From NCBI GenBank assembly GCA_965222075.1, contig OZ244937.1:4288001-4352000 (forward strand): 64,000 nt of DNA. The letters are read 5' to 3'. The stretch comes from Candidatus Latescibacterota bacterium. GTDB lineage: Bacteria > Latescibacterota > UBA2968 > GCA-2709665. Each line of letters opens with the position of its first letter. Position 1 is the stretch's first letter. Positions 1 to 10,897 of this stretch are shown piece after piece. A program made the translations under genes and the position numbers. Under the pieces are notes generated by a model. It saw nothing but the letters and a program-made list of their open reading frames with translations. It searched no databases and had not been told where the DNA came from.

Positions 1-2
1 AT

Positions 3-242
3 ATGTGGTTCCGGGTGGGAGGCGTGGAGTACCTGTTCGATCTGAAGGAAGATCCGCAGGAGGTGAACAATCTGGCGGGGAACGAGGAGATGCTACGCCC
101 CTGGCGAAATCAGCTCCTGGAACTCCTGGAGGCCCGGAACGACGACGCGGCGGAAGAGGGGAACCTGGTACCGACCCCGTATGAGCCTACACCTGAAGCA
201 CAACTGCGGGCGATGGACCCGTTTGGGAGACGGCCATATTAG
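3..242 (+). CDS. Sulfatase-family protein, C-terminal end (runs in from window start)
   Basis: YLFDLKEDPQEVNNLA matches the ELYDLxxDPxExxNLA motif at the C-terminus of sulfatases. Confidence 0.7.
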   Translation: MWFRVGGVEYLFDLKEDPQEVNNLAGNEEMLRPWRNQLLELLEARNDDAAEEGNLVPTPYEPTPEAQLRAMDPFGRRPY

Positions 243-410
243 AAAATATGGCGGAATCTGGCTCAGTGGAACGCCCTGACGAAGGCGCTCCGGGTACGAT
301 TGTTGCAGGGCCCCCACGCCTGGTGCTGTTGGAGACTATGTCCTGTGGTAAGACGGCGTGCGGAGTCTTACCACAGGACGTTCGATAAAAGGTTCAGGAG
401 ATTGGGTTTC

Positions 411-893
411 ATGCTGGAAGCGCAACTGGGCAGGTGGTTGACCAGGCGAGGGTGGACCCTGGCGGTGGCTGAGACCACGACGGGAGGGCTGATCAGTTCG
501 CGGATTGTGGGAGTGCCAGGCAGTTCGGCCTATTTTGATCGGGGAATCGTGGTTTATAGCAAGGCGTCCAAGGTGGAGATGCTGGGGGTGAGCGAGGCGT
601 TGCTGGAGATGTACGGGGCTGTGAGCGAGGAGACGGCGACCGCGCTGGCCAGGGGGGTGCGGCAGATTAGTGGCGCGACCCTGGGGCTGGCCGAAACCGG
701 GATCGCAGGTCCCCTGCGGGGGCGCTCGCCCAAACCGATCGGGTTTGCCTGTATTGTTCTGGCCACACCGCAGGACACCCGGTGTGAGGCATTTGTGTTT
801 GAGGGAGATCGACAGGAGATTCGCGATCAGATTGCAGAGCAGGCCCTGGCGCTGGCTGTTTCCTATGTGGAAGATCGGACCTTTTGCGCTTGA
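411..893 (+). CDS. pncC: CinA C-terminal domain / NMN deamidase (PncC) family protein
   Basis: LAVAETTTGG (cf. AESCTGG), PGSSAYF, GAVSEETA, TGIAGP motifs; AGGAG before ATG 411. Confidence 0.8.
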   Translation: MLEAQLGRWLTRRGWTLAVAETTTGGLISSRIVGVPGSSAYFDRGIVVYSKASKVEMLGVSEALLEMYGAVSEETATALARGVRQISGATLGLAETGIAGPLRGRSPKPIGFACIVLATPQDTRCEAFVFEGDRQEIRDQIAEQALALAVSYVEDRTFCA

Positions 894-918
894 CTTTGAA
901 TCAGGATTTCTGTAATAT
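890..918 (+). promoter_or_regulatory. Sigma70-type promoter for infA
   Basis: TTGACT-17 nt-TAATAT. Confidence 0.6.
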
Positions 919-1081
919 TATCTGCGGACTGTATCAAGGTCTTCCTTGGTTACCTGTTTATTCAGCGGTTCAAAGGCAAAGATCCGGAGGTTACGGTCTT
1001 TGCCTTTCTGGTTCTGGGAAGAATCGTGGATCGTGGACTGTAGGGAAGGGGAGGGGACGAGTCACAAAAAAAGGAGGGTGT

Positions 1082-1375
1082 ATGGCAAAAGAAGAGAAAG
1101 TGACGCTTGAAGGCATCATCGACGATACCCTGCCCGACGGGCAGTATATCGTTGAAGTTGAAGGAGGACATAAAATTCTCGGGTATTCGTCGGGTAAGAT
1201 GCGCAGGAACAATATCCGGGCTCTGGTCGGCGACCGTGTGACGATTGAGACTTCACCCTACGACCTTAACCGGGGCCGGATTATCTGGCTGCACAAGTTG
1301 CCAGCCACGGATCAACCAGGCTCTGCTCCCCGGAAGGGAGGCGGGCGAGGACGTCCCCGGAAGAGACGCCGCTGA
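1082..1375 (+). CDS. infA: Translation initiation factor IF-1 with basic C-terminal extension
   Basis: MAKEEK..EG.I..TLP..GKMRRNNIR..GDRV..E.SPYDL.RGRI; AAGGAGG RBS. Confidence 0.9.
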   Translation: MAKEEKVTLEGIIDDTLPDGQYIVEVEGGHKILGYSSGKMRRNNIRALVGDRVTIETSPYDLNRGRIIWLHKLPATDQPGSAPRKGGGRGRPRKRRR

Positions 1376-1542
1376 AGCCACGTTGTGCCGGATGAATTCG
1401 TTTTGATGCCGGGGTGAGAGCGCTATGCTTATCATATAAAATATACATCTGGTCATACGGGTGCATTTTTCCGCTGACCGTATCGCCCAGTTTTGGCTGC
1501 GTTCCGATATTTTATAAGATTTCATCATCAGAAGTTATTCGC

Positions 1543-1581
1543 TTTGGGGGCGGGTTTTAAAACCCGCCCCCAAATTTTTTT
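1543..1581. terminator. 32-bp perfect palindrome followed by T-run; likely terminator between convergent genes, REP-like
   Basis: TTTGGGGGCGGGTTTT|AAAACCCGCCCCCAAA then T7. Confidence 0.65.
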
Positions 1582-2897
1582 GAGCGATAGCGCTCCTTGA
1601 TGGCGTTGAGGTCGTGGATGATCGTGGCCCGCTCCCGGGACAGGCGATTCAGGTAGTACCTGCGTTTGCGCGGCAATACCACGCTTTGCCACAGGGGCCA
1701 TTTTTGTAAGATATGCTCATCGAACAGGAGGGTGACGAGGCCGCTGGTGGGGAGCGTGAGTCCGTAGATGAGGGCGCTTTGGAGGTCCATCAGCAGGCAG
1801 GCGACTCCGACCAGGATCAGGTACCAGAGGGGGAAGAGGACGGCTCCGACCGCCATTTTAACGGTGCCTATGGTTTCGGGCTTGTCACGATAGGGGCGCA
1901 CAAAAAGCCTCGGGAGGTAATAGGGCAGGGCATTGTGGATGAACCCGTAGAGTACAATCGGAGAGGTGAGCAGGGCAAGCAGCAGGCACCCGCCCGGAGG
2001 GGATGACGCTGGCGGGAGGTCGGGGGAGAGACGGAGCCGCCTGAGTTTACGGTGGTGCGCGCACAGACGCTCAGCAAAGGTCCGGACCAGTTCCGGGTCG
2101 GCCTGGGCAAAGTGGTGGACGGCTTGGATGATTTCCTGCTGGGCCTGGAGTTTTCGGCTGAGTTCGGAGGAGTCCGGGATTTCGTCCGCGACGGTGTCGG
2201 TATAGATGGCGGAGAGGTCGTTGATGACGGTTCTTAGGTTGGGGTTGTCGATGTGCCGGGTCAGGGCCGTGAGACGCTCGTGGATCTGCGCGGTCAGGTC
2301 TTGCTCGGCCGCGTTGCGATTTTCATGATAGGCCCTTAGGAAGGGGAGGATTTCGATGGCCTCGCCGAAATGCACAGATACGTCGCTCCGGAAGAGGCCG
2401 GGGTCGGTGTAGGTCAGGCCGACGGGGACGATGCAGACCCCGGTCTGGCCGTCCGCTTCGGCTTCGGTTCTGAGGGCGATGCGCGCAGCGCCCGGTTTCA
2501 GGTCGCGCACTTTGATTTCCGCATGGCTGATGCCTTCGGGGAAGATGACCAGCGAATGTCCATCCCGGAGAGCCCCGCAGGCTGCGCGCAGCATGTCCCG
2601 GTTGCTGTACGTTTTGGACCCTCTGTCCCGGGTGCGGGCAACAGGGATGACGCCGAGCTGTCGCAGAAACCAGGCGTAGAAGGGGTTCTTGAAGAGGGTG
2701 CTTTTTCCGAGGAAACGCGGCACGCTGTCCGGCAGGGTGAGCCCGAGGATGAGGGTGTCGAGCATGACGTTGGGGTGGTTGGCCGCGAAGACGAGGGAAC
2801 GGTCGGACGGGACCCGGTCGTGTCCTCTGACGTCGATCTTGCGGAAGAAGATCCAGAGGGCCAACCGGACGATAGGACGAAGGACGCAGAGGAGCAT
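1557..2897 (-). CDS. Lysophospholipid/glycerol acyltransferase (PlsC-like) with C-terminal membrane helices
   Basis: NHPNVMLD (HX4D), IFPEG, IVPVG motifs. Confidence 0.85.
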   Translation of the reverse strand: MLLCVLRPIVRLALWIFFRKIDVRGHDRVPSDRSLVFAANHPNVMLDTLILGLTLPDSVPRFLGKSTLFKNPFYAWFLRQLGVIPVARTRDRGSKTYSNRDMLRAACGALRDGHSLVIFPEGISHAEIKVRDLKPGAARIALRTEAEADGQTGVCIVPVGLTYTDPGLFRSDVSVHFGEAIEILPFLRAYHENRNAAEQDLTAQIHERLTALTRHIDNPNLRTVINDLSAIYTDTVADEIPDSSELSRKLQAQQEIIQAVHHFAQADPELVRTFAERLCAHHRKLRRLRLSPDLPPASSPPGGCLLLALLTSPIVLYGFIHNALPYYLPRLFVRPYRDKPETIGTVKMAVGAVLFPLWYLILVGVACLLMDLQSALIYGLTLPTSGLVTLLFDEHILQKWPLWQSVVLPRKRRYYLNRLSRERATIIHDLNAIKERYRSKKFGGGF

Positions 2898-2902
2898 GGC
2901 TA

Positions 2903-3006
2903 AAATCGAATGTCGAATGTTGAGTAAAGGCAGTCGCAAGTCACGGGTCACGGGTCAACCCCAAACCGGAGTTGGGCGGGGGACGCGCGACTTTCGACTC
3001 GTGACT
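2903..3006. repeat. Degenerate 7-nt periodic repeats arranged as an inverted pair
   Basis: TCGAATG x2; AGTCGCA-AGTCACG-GGTCACG-GGTC (2932-2956) facing GACGCGC-GACTTTC-GACTCGT-GACT (2982-3006). Confidence 0.55.
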
Positions 3007-3019
3007 GAATAACGATACG

Positions 3020-4366
<1,347 letters not shown>

Positions 4367-4381
4367 AGAAGGTCTCCGCTT

Positions 4382-6376
4382 CTAATAATTGTGAAAGCCG
4401 TGGCCCGATCCCGGGAACCAGATGATATCCACTACCTGCGCTATGCCGATTCCCACGCAGTACCCCACCACCGTCCCATAAAAAAAGGGCTTCGCGCGTT
4501 CGTAGAGCCGGGGGCCGCCGTAGCGCACGATCAGCAGCTTGGCCGTCCACACCATCAGGATGCTCAGCGCATAATACCTCGGTCCCGTCGTATACTGGAA
4601 CGCCAGCCCCAGCGGGTGCAGCGGCCACCAGGAAAACCATGTTCGCAGCAGCGCCAGCAGCCCCGCCTCGCCCGCGCCTAAGAGCCAGACCCCCAGCTTC
4701 TGTGGGTCAAACACCGTCCTGTCCGCCTCCCCCAGCGACGTCGCCATCCGCCCGAAGATCCCGTGAGGCCCCTGCCACAGCGTCCACGATCGCAGGAACA
4801 GCGCCGAGTGCGTGTAGCAGAAATAGATAATCGCGGCCGCGCACACCGTAAATCCCACCGCAAACGCTAAGAACACCGTCCCACCCACCCACCCTCTTCC
4901 CTGCTTCACTTCCTCCAGCGCCTTTAAATGGTGCGGCATCGTCTGCACCCCCTGCAGCCGGCCCGCCCCGTAAAACGCGCTGCTGTTCAACAGCTCCAGC
5001 GCCGTTAAGTTCCGCGCCGACATCGGCGCCGTCCCCATCACCGCCTTGATCCACCACCCCCCCTTGCCGCCTACGGGCACGAGGTACCCGAACCCGCTCG
5101 CCGCGATATATTTCGCTGCTGTAAAATAAGCGATAAACATCAGCGCCATCTGCATCAGCGCCGTGGCCAGCGTCATCCCCGCCGCCATAAAAAACCCGCA
5201 TATGTACCCCGCACAAACCACAAATCCCACCAGCGCCGTCCGGTAGGAAACCGGCCCCTCTTCGCCCTCCCCGGCCCACGCCTTCCGCCACACATCGGCC
5301 AGGTGCCGCCGCGCCATCCACATCGACCAGACCACCAGCACCGTCATCGCCCCGTGGCTCTCTAAGCTGATAATCTCGCTCCCCTTGGACGGCTGCCCCT
5401 GCAGCCCCACCGTAAGCCCCGTCCGGTTTATCACCCCCACCTTCACCACCGCCAGCAGTCCGAAAAACCAGAAGCTGAACAGCAGGTCTAAGCGGCACAG
5501 GTACCCCAGCCCGATCACCAGTGGGAGCACCCGAAGGTAGACCGGGGGAAAATTCCGCGCCACCGTCATCGCCTTGGTATTCACCGAATCGAACAGCGTA
5601 ATCCGGGGCACCCCCGGATAGAAAAATGGTATGATATTCCAGAAAATGATCCCCGCCGTCCACCCCACCCCCAGCCAGAACACCGGCCGCTTGAAAATCG
5701 TGGGGATGCAGTGCCCCTCGTTGAACCCCTCCGTCATATCTACCGGGAAATTTACCAGCGGATACGTCAGCCGCTCTGCATCCGCCCACTGCCGGTGGAA
5801 AATCGCCGTCACGCAAAACGCCACTCCCGTCATCGCCACACACGCCGAAAACCACCACCACACCGGCATCACCCACCCCCCCCATGGCACCGACTCCCCC
5901 CTGTGCAGCCCGAAGTAGAACCGATCCATAATCTCCGGCACCGGTTCTGGAAACGCCCATGCGGGCAGCTCGTCCAAAATCAGTTCCGCCCACCGGTTCT
6001 CCGGCGTGGCAAAAAAATGGGGCGCTGGAAGGCACCCGATCAGGTAGCCCATCCAGCCCACCCCGGGCATCATGCCCGCCACCCAGGTCATTCCGAATAT
6101 CACCATCAGCTCGGTGCTGGACAGCGCCGTCTGGGGGGCGACCCGGGCGATTGCCATGTTGATCATAATCCAGATCGTGAAGACCAGGATCAGGGATACC
6201 GGGAAGTTCGACTTTACGAGCGAGCCTATATGCAGCACCATCTCTCCCGCGTTCCCGTAGAGCGCGATCCCGGCCGCGGTCAACAGGCCCAGAATGACCG
6301 ACCGTGCGGTAATCGGCCCGGCCTTCCCCGCGGCCGTATCGGTATGCGCCGATTCTTCGGGATATGTGATAGCCAT
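4382..6376 (-). CDS. Large polytopic membrane protein, DUF6785/DUF6784-like (putative transporter)
   Basis: RQW...ERLTYPL and WWPLHPLG motifs, many TM helices; start chosen at MAITYPEE. Confidence 0.7.
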   Translation of the reverse strand: MAITYPEESAHTDTAAGKAGPITARSVILGLLTAAGIALYGNAGEMVLHIGSLVKSNFPVSLILVFTIWIMINMAIARVAPQTALSSTELMVIFGMTWVAGMMPGVGWMGYLIGCLPAPHFFATPENRWAELILDELPAWAFPEPVPEIMDRFYFGLHRGESVPWGGWVMPVWWWFSACVAMTGVAFCVTAIFHRQWADAERLTYPLVNFPVDMTEGFNEGHCIPTIFKRPVFWLGVGWTAGIIFWNIIPFFYPGVPRITLFDSVNTKAMTVARNFPPVYLRVLPLVIGLGYLCRLDLLFSFWFFGLLAVVKVGVINRTGLTVGLQGQPSKGSEIISLESHGAMTVLVVWSMWMARRHLADVWRKAWAGEGEEGPVSYRTALVGFVVCAGYICGFFMAAGMTLATALMQMALMFIAYFTAAKYIAASGFGYLVPVGGKGGWWIKAVMGTAPMSARNLTALELLNSSAFYGAGRLQGVQTMPHHLKALEEVKQGRGWVGGTVFLAFAVGFTVCAAAIIYFCYTHSALFLRSWTLWQGPHGIFGRMATSLGEADRTVFDPQKLGVWLLGAGEAGLLALLRTWFSWWPLHPLGLAFQYTTGPRYYALSILMVWTAKLLIVRYGGPRLYERAKPFFYGTVVGYCVGIGIAQVVDIIWFPGSGHGFHNY

Positions 6377-6395
6377 AGGCCCGCTCACCCTCACT

Positions 6396-7226
6396 TTATT
6401 CGCCGGGTACGAACCGTCGTAAATATTGTACCGCCCTGAGTACCGCTGTTTCCTCCGCCTCGGCCTGCTGGCCTTCATAAACAACCGATACCCATCCGTT
6501 GTAGTTCACTTTTTTGAGAATCTCAAAAATTTTCGGATAGTCCAGCCAGGCCTCCTCCCCCGTCTGAATCCGGTAAACCTTCGCCCGCACGTGAACCGCT
6601 AAGGGCGCCGTCTCCTCGATGCTCCCGTAAAAATTCAGCGCCGGATCTTCCTTTCCACCCGCACCCGACGCCCCGGGAGACCCCACATACTGCCCCGTAT
6701 CTAAGATGTGGGAGAAATAGGGATTGTTCACCTCCTCGATAATCCGCCGCACCTCCTTCCCCGTCCGCGTCACGCACCCGTGGTTGTGGTTGTGTAGCCC
6801 CAGCACCACTCCCTTCTCCTCTCCATACGCCGCCACCTTATGCATACAGGGCATCATCCGCGCCCAGACCGCCTCCTCGGGCTCTCCCTCTGGAATCCAC
6901 GCCGCAAAAATACGCACCAGCGGCACCCCCATAAACGCCGCCACATCCACCCACTGTTTCACCTCATCCACCGCCTCCTGAAGTTCCGGCTCCGGCCTCC
7001 CGAAATTGTTGCTCACCCCGATATAAGAAATCGCCAGTCCCCGCTTCAGGCACCGCATCCGGATATCCCGCAAATACGCCGCATCCGTCAACGCAAACGC
7101 CCGCGTATGGATATCGATCCCGTCCAGCCCCAGCTCACAGGCCCTATCGATAAATCGCACCAGATCCATCTCTCCTGCGGCGAACTGATCCTTGTAACTC
7201 AGCGACATGCATCCCAGCTTCATCAT
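6396..7226 (-). CDS. Sugar phosphate isomerase/epimerase (AP endonuclease 2 TIM barrel)
   Basis: LHNHNH, ILDTG, HVRAK, SVVYEG pattern; GGAGG RBS. Confidence 0.85.
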   Translation of the reverse strand: MMKLGCMSLSYKDQFAAGEMDLVRFIDRACELGLDGIDIHTRAFALTDAAYLRDIRMRCLKRGLAISYIGVSNNFGRPEPELQEAVDEVKQWVDVAAFMGVPLVRIFAAWIPEGEPEEAVWARMMPCMHKVAAYGEEKGVVLGLHNHNHGCVTRTGKEVRRIIEEVNNPYFSHILDTGQYVGSPGASGAGGKEDPALNFYGSIEETAPLAVHVRAKVYRIQTGEEAWLDYPKIFEILKKVNYNGWVSVVYEGQQAEAEETAVLRAVQYLRRFVPGE

Positions 7227-7256
7227 CTCAGATACCTCCCCTATTATCAGGCCAGA

Positions 7257-7283
7257 GTAAGGGCACGGCATGCCGTGCCCGGT
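7257..7283. repeat. REP-like palindrome
   Basis: GTAA-GGGCACGGCATGCCGTGCCC-GGT, perfect 20-bp palindrome. Confidence 0.55.
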
Positions 7284-7526
7284 GCGGTCGACTTCTTAGC
7301 CCCAGTCCCACAATCGCCACGCGATACGTCTTTATAAGGTCCCCCAATGATAATGATAAAGACCATGGAGCACAAACCGCTCTGTCGTCCGCTGTGAGAA
7401 TCGAACTTAATACCGGAGTGCTGCCTCGTCAAGCCCAAAACAGAAGGGTTGACATCGGACCCAATCCTGTGCATCATTTTCTGTACCGATTCACGATCCA
7501 CAGTTACTATACCGGCGAACCGAAAA

Positions 7527-8336
7527 GTGAACGAACGGAAAAAAACAAACGCCGAACGCAACGGCCTGCGCCGCCGCATTGCCGAATTGGAAGCATCCGA
7601 AGCCGAGCAAAAGCGGATGGAGGAAGCGCTCCGCAGGAGCGAGGAACGCTACCGTGCCGTGACGGAAACGGCCTTTGCAGGCATCGGCATTACAGATCCG
7701 GACGAAAACATGGTCTTTGTCAACCCCGCCTTCGTCCAGATGCTGGGGTACACCCAGGAAGAACTGGAGGGGGGGTACACCCAGGAAGAACTGGAGGGGA
7801 TGAACCTCTCCCGGTTAACGAACCCGGAGGAGTTCGCCAGATATCAGAAGTTCACACAACAGCGAAAAGAAGGGGTAGAAAATCACTACGAGACCCGTAT
7901 ATACCGCTCCGTGAATGCCGCGCTCACCCTGTCCGAACACACCGTCTTGTCACAGAAAATAGACCTCTGTGTACGCCTGAAAGAAGACCTGCCCCGTGTT
8001 GTCGCCGACCCGACCGAGTTGGAACAGGTGGTGCTCAACCTGTTCAACAACGCCGTAGACGCCATGCCCGACGGAGGGCGTCTGAGCGTCACCACCTCGG
8101 CAGAACACGGGTGGGTCTGTCTCCGGGTAGAAGACACCGGGATGGGCATTCCCGATGGTGATCTGCACAGGGTCTTCGATCCCTTTTTCACAACCAAACA
8201 GGTGGGAGAGGGAACCGGCCTGGGTCTCTCCGTCAGCTACGGAATCATCCAAAAAATGGGCGGTCGCATCGAGGTGCAAAGCAATCAGGGCCGGGGCACA
8301 ACATTTACCGTCATGCTGCCTGTCCAAAGGGGGTGA
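7527..8336 (+). pseudogene. PAS-HATPase sensor kinase lacking the HisKA/H-box domain (internally deleted, ORF still open)
   Basis: PAS start (EERYR..FVNPAF..MLGY) joins N/G1/F/G2 boxes (NLFNNAVDA, DTGMG, DPFFTTK, GTGLGL) with no H-box; 27-bp tandem duplication at 7746-7799. Confidence 0.75.
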
Positions 8337-8339
8337 ACC

Positions 8340-9353
8340 TTGTCAAAAGGACACGTTCTGGTCATCGACGATGAACCCACGTTGTTGGAGGCCTGTGAGG
8401 AGACCCTCTCCTATCACGGCTACGATGTCCGCCTGCAGGCCACGGCCCGCGATGGGGTCGAATCGGTCCGGCAGGAGACCTTCGACCTCGTGCTGATCGA
8501 TCTGAGAATGCCCGACACAGACGGCCTGCACATCCTGCGCGAGATCAGGTCCATCGACGAAAACGTGATGACGGTCATGATCACCGGTTTCCCCACCATC
8601 GCCACCGCCGTAGAGGCCGTCAAAGAAGGGGCGTTCGACTACCTGCCCAAGCCGTTTACCCCCGACCAGTTGCTCATCGTGGTGGACCGGGCGCTCTCGC
8701 AAAAACGGCTCACAGAGGAAAACCTGCTGTTGCGCAAAACGCTCAGGTTTCGGCGGGGATTTGCAGGCATGGTGGGCAAGAGCCGCGCCATGGAACGGGT
8801 GATTTCGGCCACCAATGAAAACCTGGAGCAGATGGTCGCCGACGGCCGCTTCCGGGACGACCTCTACTACCGGCTCAACGTCATTACCATCCCCCTGCCC
8901 CCCCTTCGGGAACGGGTGGAAGACATCCCCCTTCTAACAGAGCACGTGCTTAAAAGTCTGAACAGCGAACACAAAAAGTATGTCCAGGGCATATCAAAAG
9001 AGACCATAAATCTCCTGCAGGGCTACGCCTGGCCGGGAAACGTCCGGGAGCTGCAAAACGTGATCGAACGGGCCTTCTTCCTCACCGACGCCGAAGAGAT
9101 CACACCGCTCGACCTGCCCGCCCATCTGACCCGTCAGGAGACGCCGGTCCTGCCTGTGGACACCCAGCTCCCGTTTCCGCAGGCCAAAAGGGCCTATCTT
9201 GAGCCCTTTGAGCGGGAGTACCTGGCAAAACTCCTGCTGGACTGTGGGGGTAACGTGTCCCGGGCGGTCGAACGCGCACAGGTACACCGTTCTTCCTTTC
9301 AGCGCCTGTTGAAAAAGCACGGCATCCGCCCCAGGGATTACCGGGGCGCTTGA
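8340..9353 (+). pseudogene. NtrC-family response regulator with the central sigma54 AAA+ core deleted in frame
   Basis: Intact REC (VIDDE, DLRMP, YLPKPF) and C-terminal part (FRDDLYYRLNV, WPGNVRELQNVIER, HTH), but no Walker A, GAFTGA or Walker B. Confidence 0.8.
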
Positions 9354-9491
9354 GGGGCTGCCGCTTTTATCAGGAAAAGGGTAGTGCGTTGATGCAGCAC
9401 AACCTGGTCCGCGAGCTTCGCAGCCCACATTGAGAGGCGCACTTTGGAATCCAGCCCCCAAGCACATCCATCGCCTCCAAGGAGAACATCC

Positions 9492-10661
9492 ATGACCTCG
9501 GACCTCCTCAGTTCCCTCACAAGGGTCAAAAACGCCCGAACCCTGCGGTCCTCCTCCTGGGACACCTCTGGCCGCAACAGCGATGCCTGGACGGTTGAGG
9601 CCGGACAGACCCGGGTGCTCGCAAACCAGAAAGGCCCCGGATGCGTCACCCACATCTGGATGACCCAGACGGGCGAAAAAACCTTCCGGGACGTCCTGCT
9701 CAAAATGTACTGGGACGACGAAAAAACCCCCAGCGTCCTGGTCCCCTTGGGCGACTTCTTCTGCCTGGGCCACAACCTCATGAACTCCTTCCAGTCACTC
9801 CCCTTCTCCGCATCGGCGCACACCGGCAGGGAAAACCGGTTCGGGGCGAACGTGGCCCTCAACAGCTACTTCCAGATGCCCTTCAATCAATCCGCCCGGA
9901 TCGAAGTCACCAACGAAGGCGAAGAGGCCTACAGGCAGTACTTCTATGTTGACTACGAAGTCTACGACGCCCCCCTCGCAGACGACATCGCCTACTTCCA
10001 CGCCCAGTTCCGGCGGGAGAACCCCTGCGACGGCTGGGGCCACGAAATCCGTGTCAACACCCCCGAGGCCAACATCGCCAACAAAGAAAAAGAGGCCTGG
10101 GCAAACAACTACGTTATCCTCGAAGCCAAAGGCACCGGCCACTACCTCGGCTGCAACCTCTCCGTCACCAATTTCCAGGGCACCTGGTGGGGAGAGGGCG
10201 ACGACATGATCTGGGTGGACGGCTACAAATGGCCCCCCGACCTCCACGGCACCGGCAGCGAAGACTACCTTGGCCAGGCCTGGGGCATGCAGGACAACGC
10301 CTACCTCTTTAACGGCAGCTCCATCTACGAACACAACACCGGCGGCTACCAGACCTCCTACGTCTTCCACCTCACCAACCCGGTCCGCTTCCGGAAAGAA
10401 ATCAGGGCCACCATCGAACACGGCCACGGCAACCACCTCGCCAACGAAATGTCTTCCGTGGCCTACTGGTACCAGCTCGAACCCCACAGGAAATTCGGCA
10501 TCCTCCCCGTCCAGAAACGTCGGCCCGTGGAACGCCTGGGCGAACACTGGACCGTGGACTGGAAGACAGATCGCGCGTCGCAAACCACCCGTCGCAAACC
10601 CACCCTCAATGCCGAAATGGTAAAGATAAAGCGTCGGTGGGCCAGGAAGCAGGGCCGATAA
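9492..10661 (+). CDS. DUF2961 / GH172-like glycoside hydrolase
   Basis: GPGCVTHIW, PLGDFF, WWGEGD, GTGSEDY, TIEHGH.N, SSVAYWYQ motifs. Confidence 0.88.
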   Translation: MTSDLLSSLTRVKNARTLRSSSWDTSGRNSDAWTVEAGQTRVLANQKGPGCVTHIWMTQTGEKTFRDVLLKMYWDDEKTPSVLVPLGDFFCLGHNLMNSFQSLPFSASAHTGRENRFGANVALNSYFQMPFNQSARIEVTNEGEEAYRQYFYVDYEVYDAPLADDIAYFHAQFRRENPCDGWGHEIRVNTPEANIANKEKEAWANNYVILEAKGTGHYLGCNLSVTNFQGTWWGEGDDMIWVDGYKWPPDLHGTGSEDYLGQAWGMQDNAYLFNGSSIYEHNTGGYQTSYVFHLTNPVRFRKEIRATIEHGHGNHLANEMSSVAYWYQLEPHRKFGILPVQKRRPVERLGEHWTVDWKTDRASQTTRRKPTLNAEMVKIKRRWARKQGR

Positions 10662-10798
10662 CTGGAACCACCTTTGTCAGATCTCTGGAATACAGAAGCT
10701 CGTGCCTGCGGGGCTTTTTTCGTGGGACGCGTACAGGACGCTTTGACGCCCTCATCGGATTGCCAAATCCGGCGAAGATGGCCCGGCGAGAAAATCGG

Positions 10799-10827
10799 TT
10801 GACAGAATCCCCTCCTCCGACTATCAT
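10799..10827 (+). promoter_or_regulatory. Sigma70-type promoter
   Basis: TTGACA-17 nt-TATCAT upstream of the opine dehydrogenase gene. Confidence 0.6.
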
Positions 10828-10897
10828 CATGGCCGATCAAGGGTGGATCGTGGATCGTAAAAACGAGACCCGAGACCCGAACCCCGAGACCCAACCC

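Noticed and set aside
972-1007. GGCAAA suggesting a c-di-GMP-I riboswitch
   Set aside because: The second conserved element (GACGCAAAG) and the two-stem architecture are absent.
9383-9425. Possible NtrC enhancer (GTGC-N9-GCAC) and sigma54 promoter
   Set aside because: No convincing -24/-12 TGGCAC-N5-TTGC consensus.
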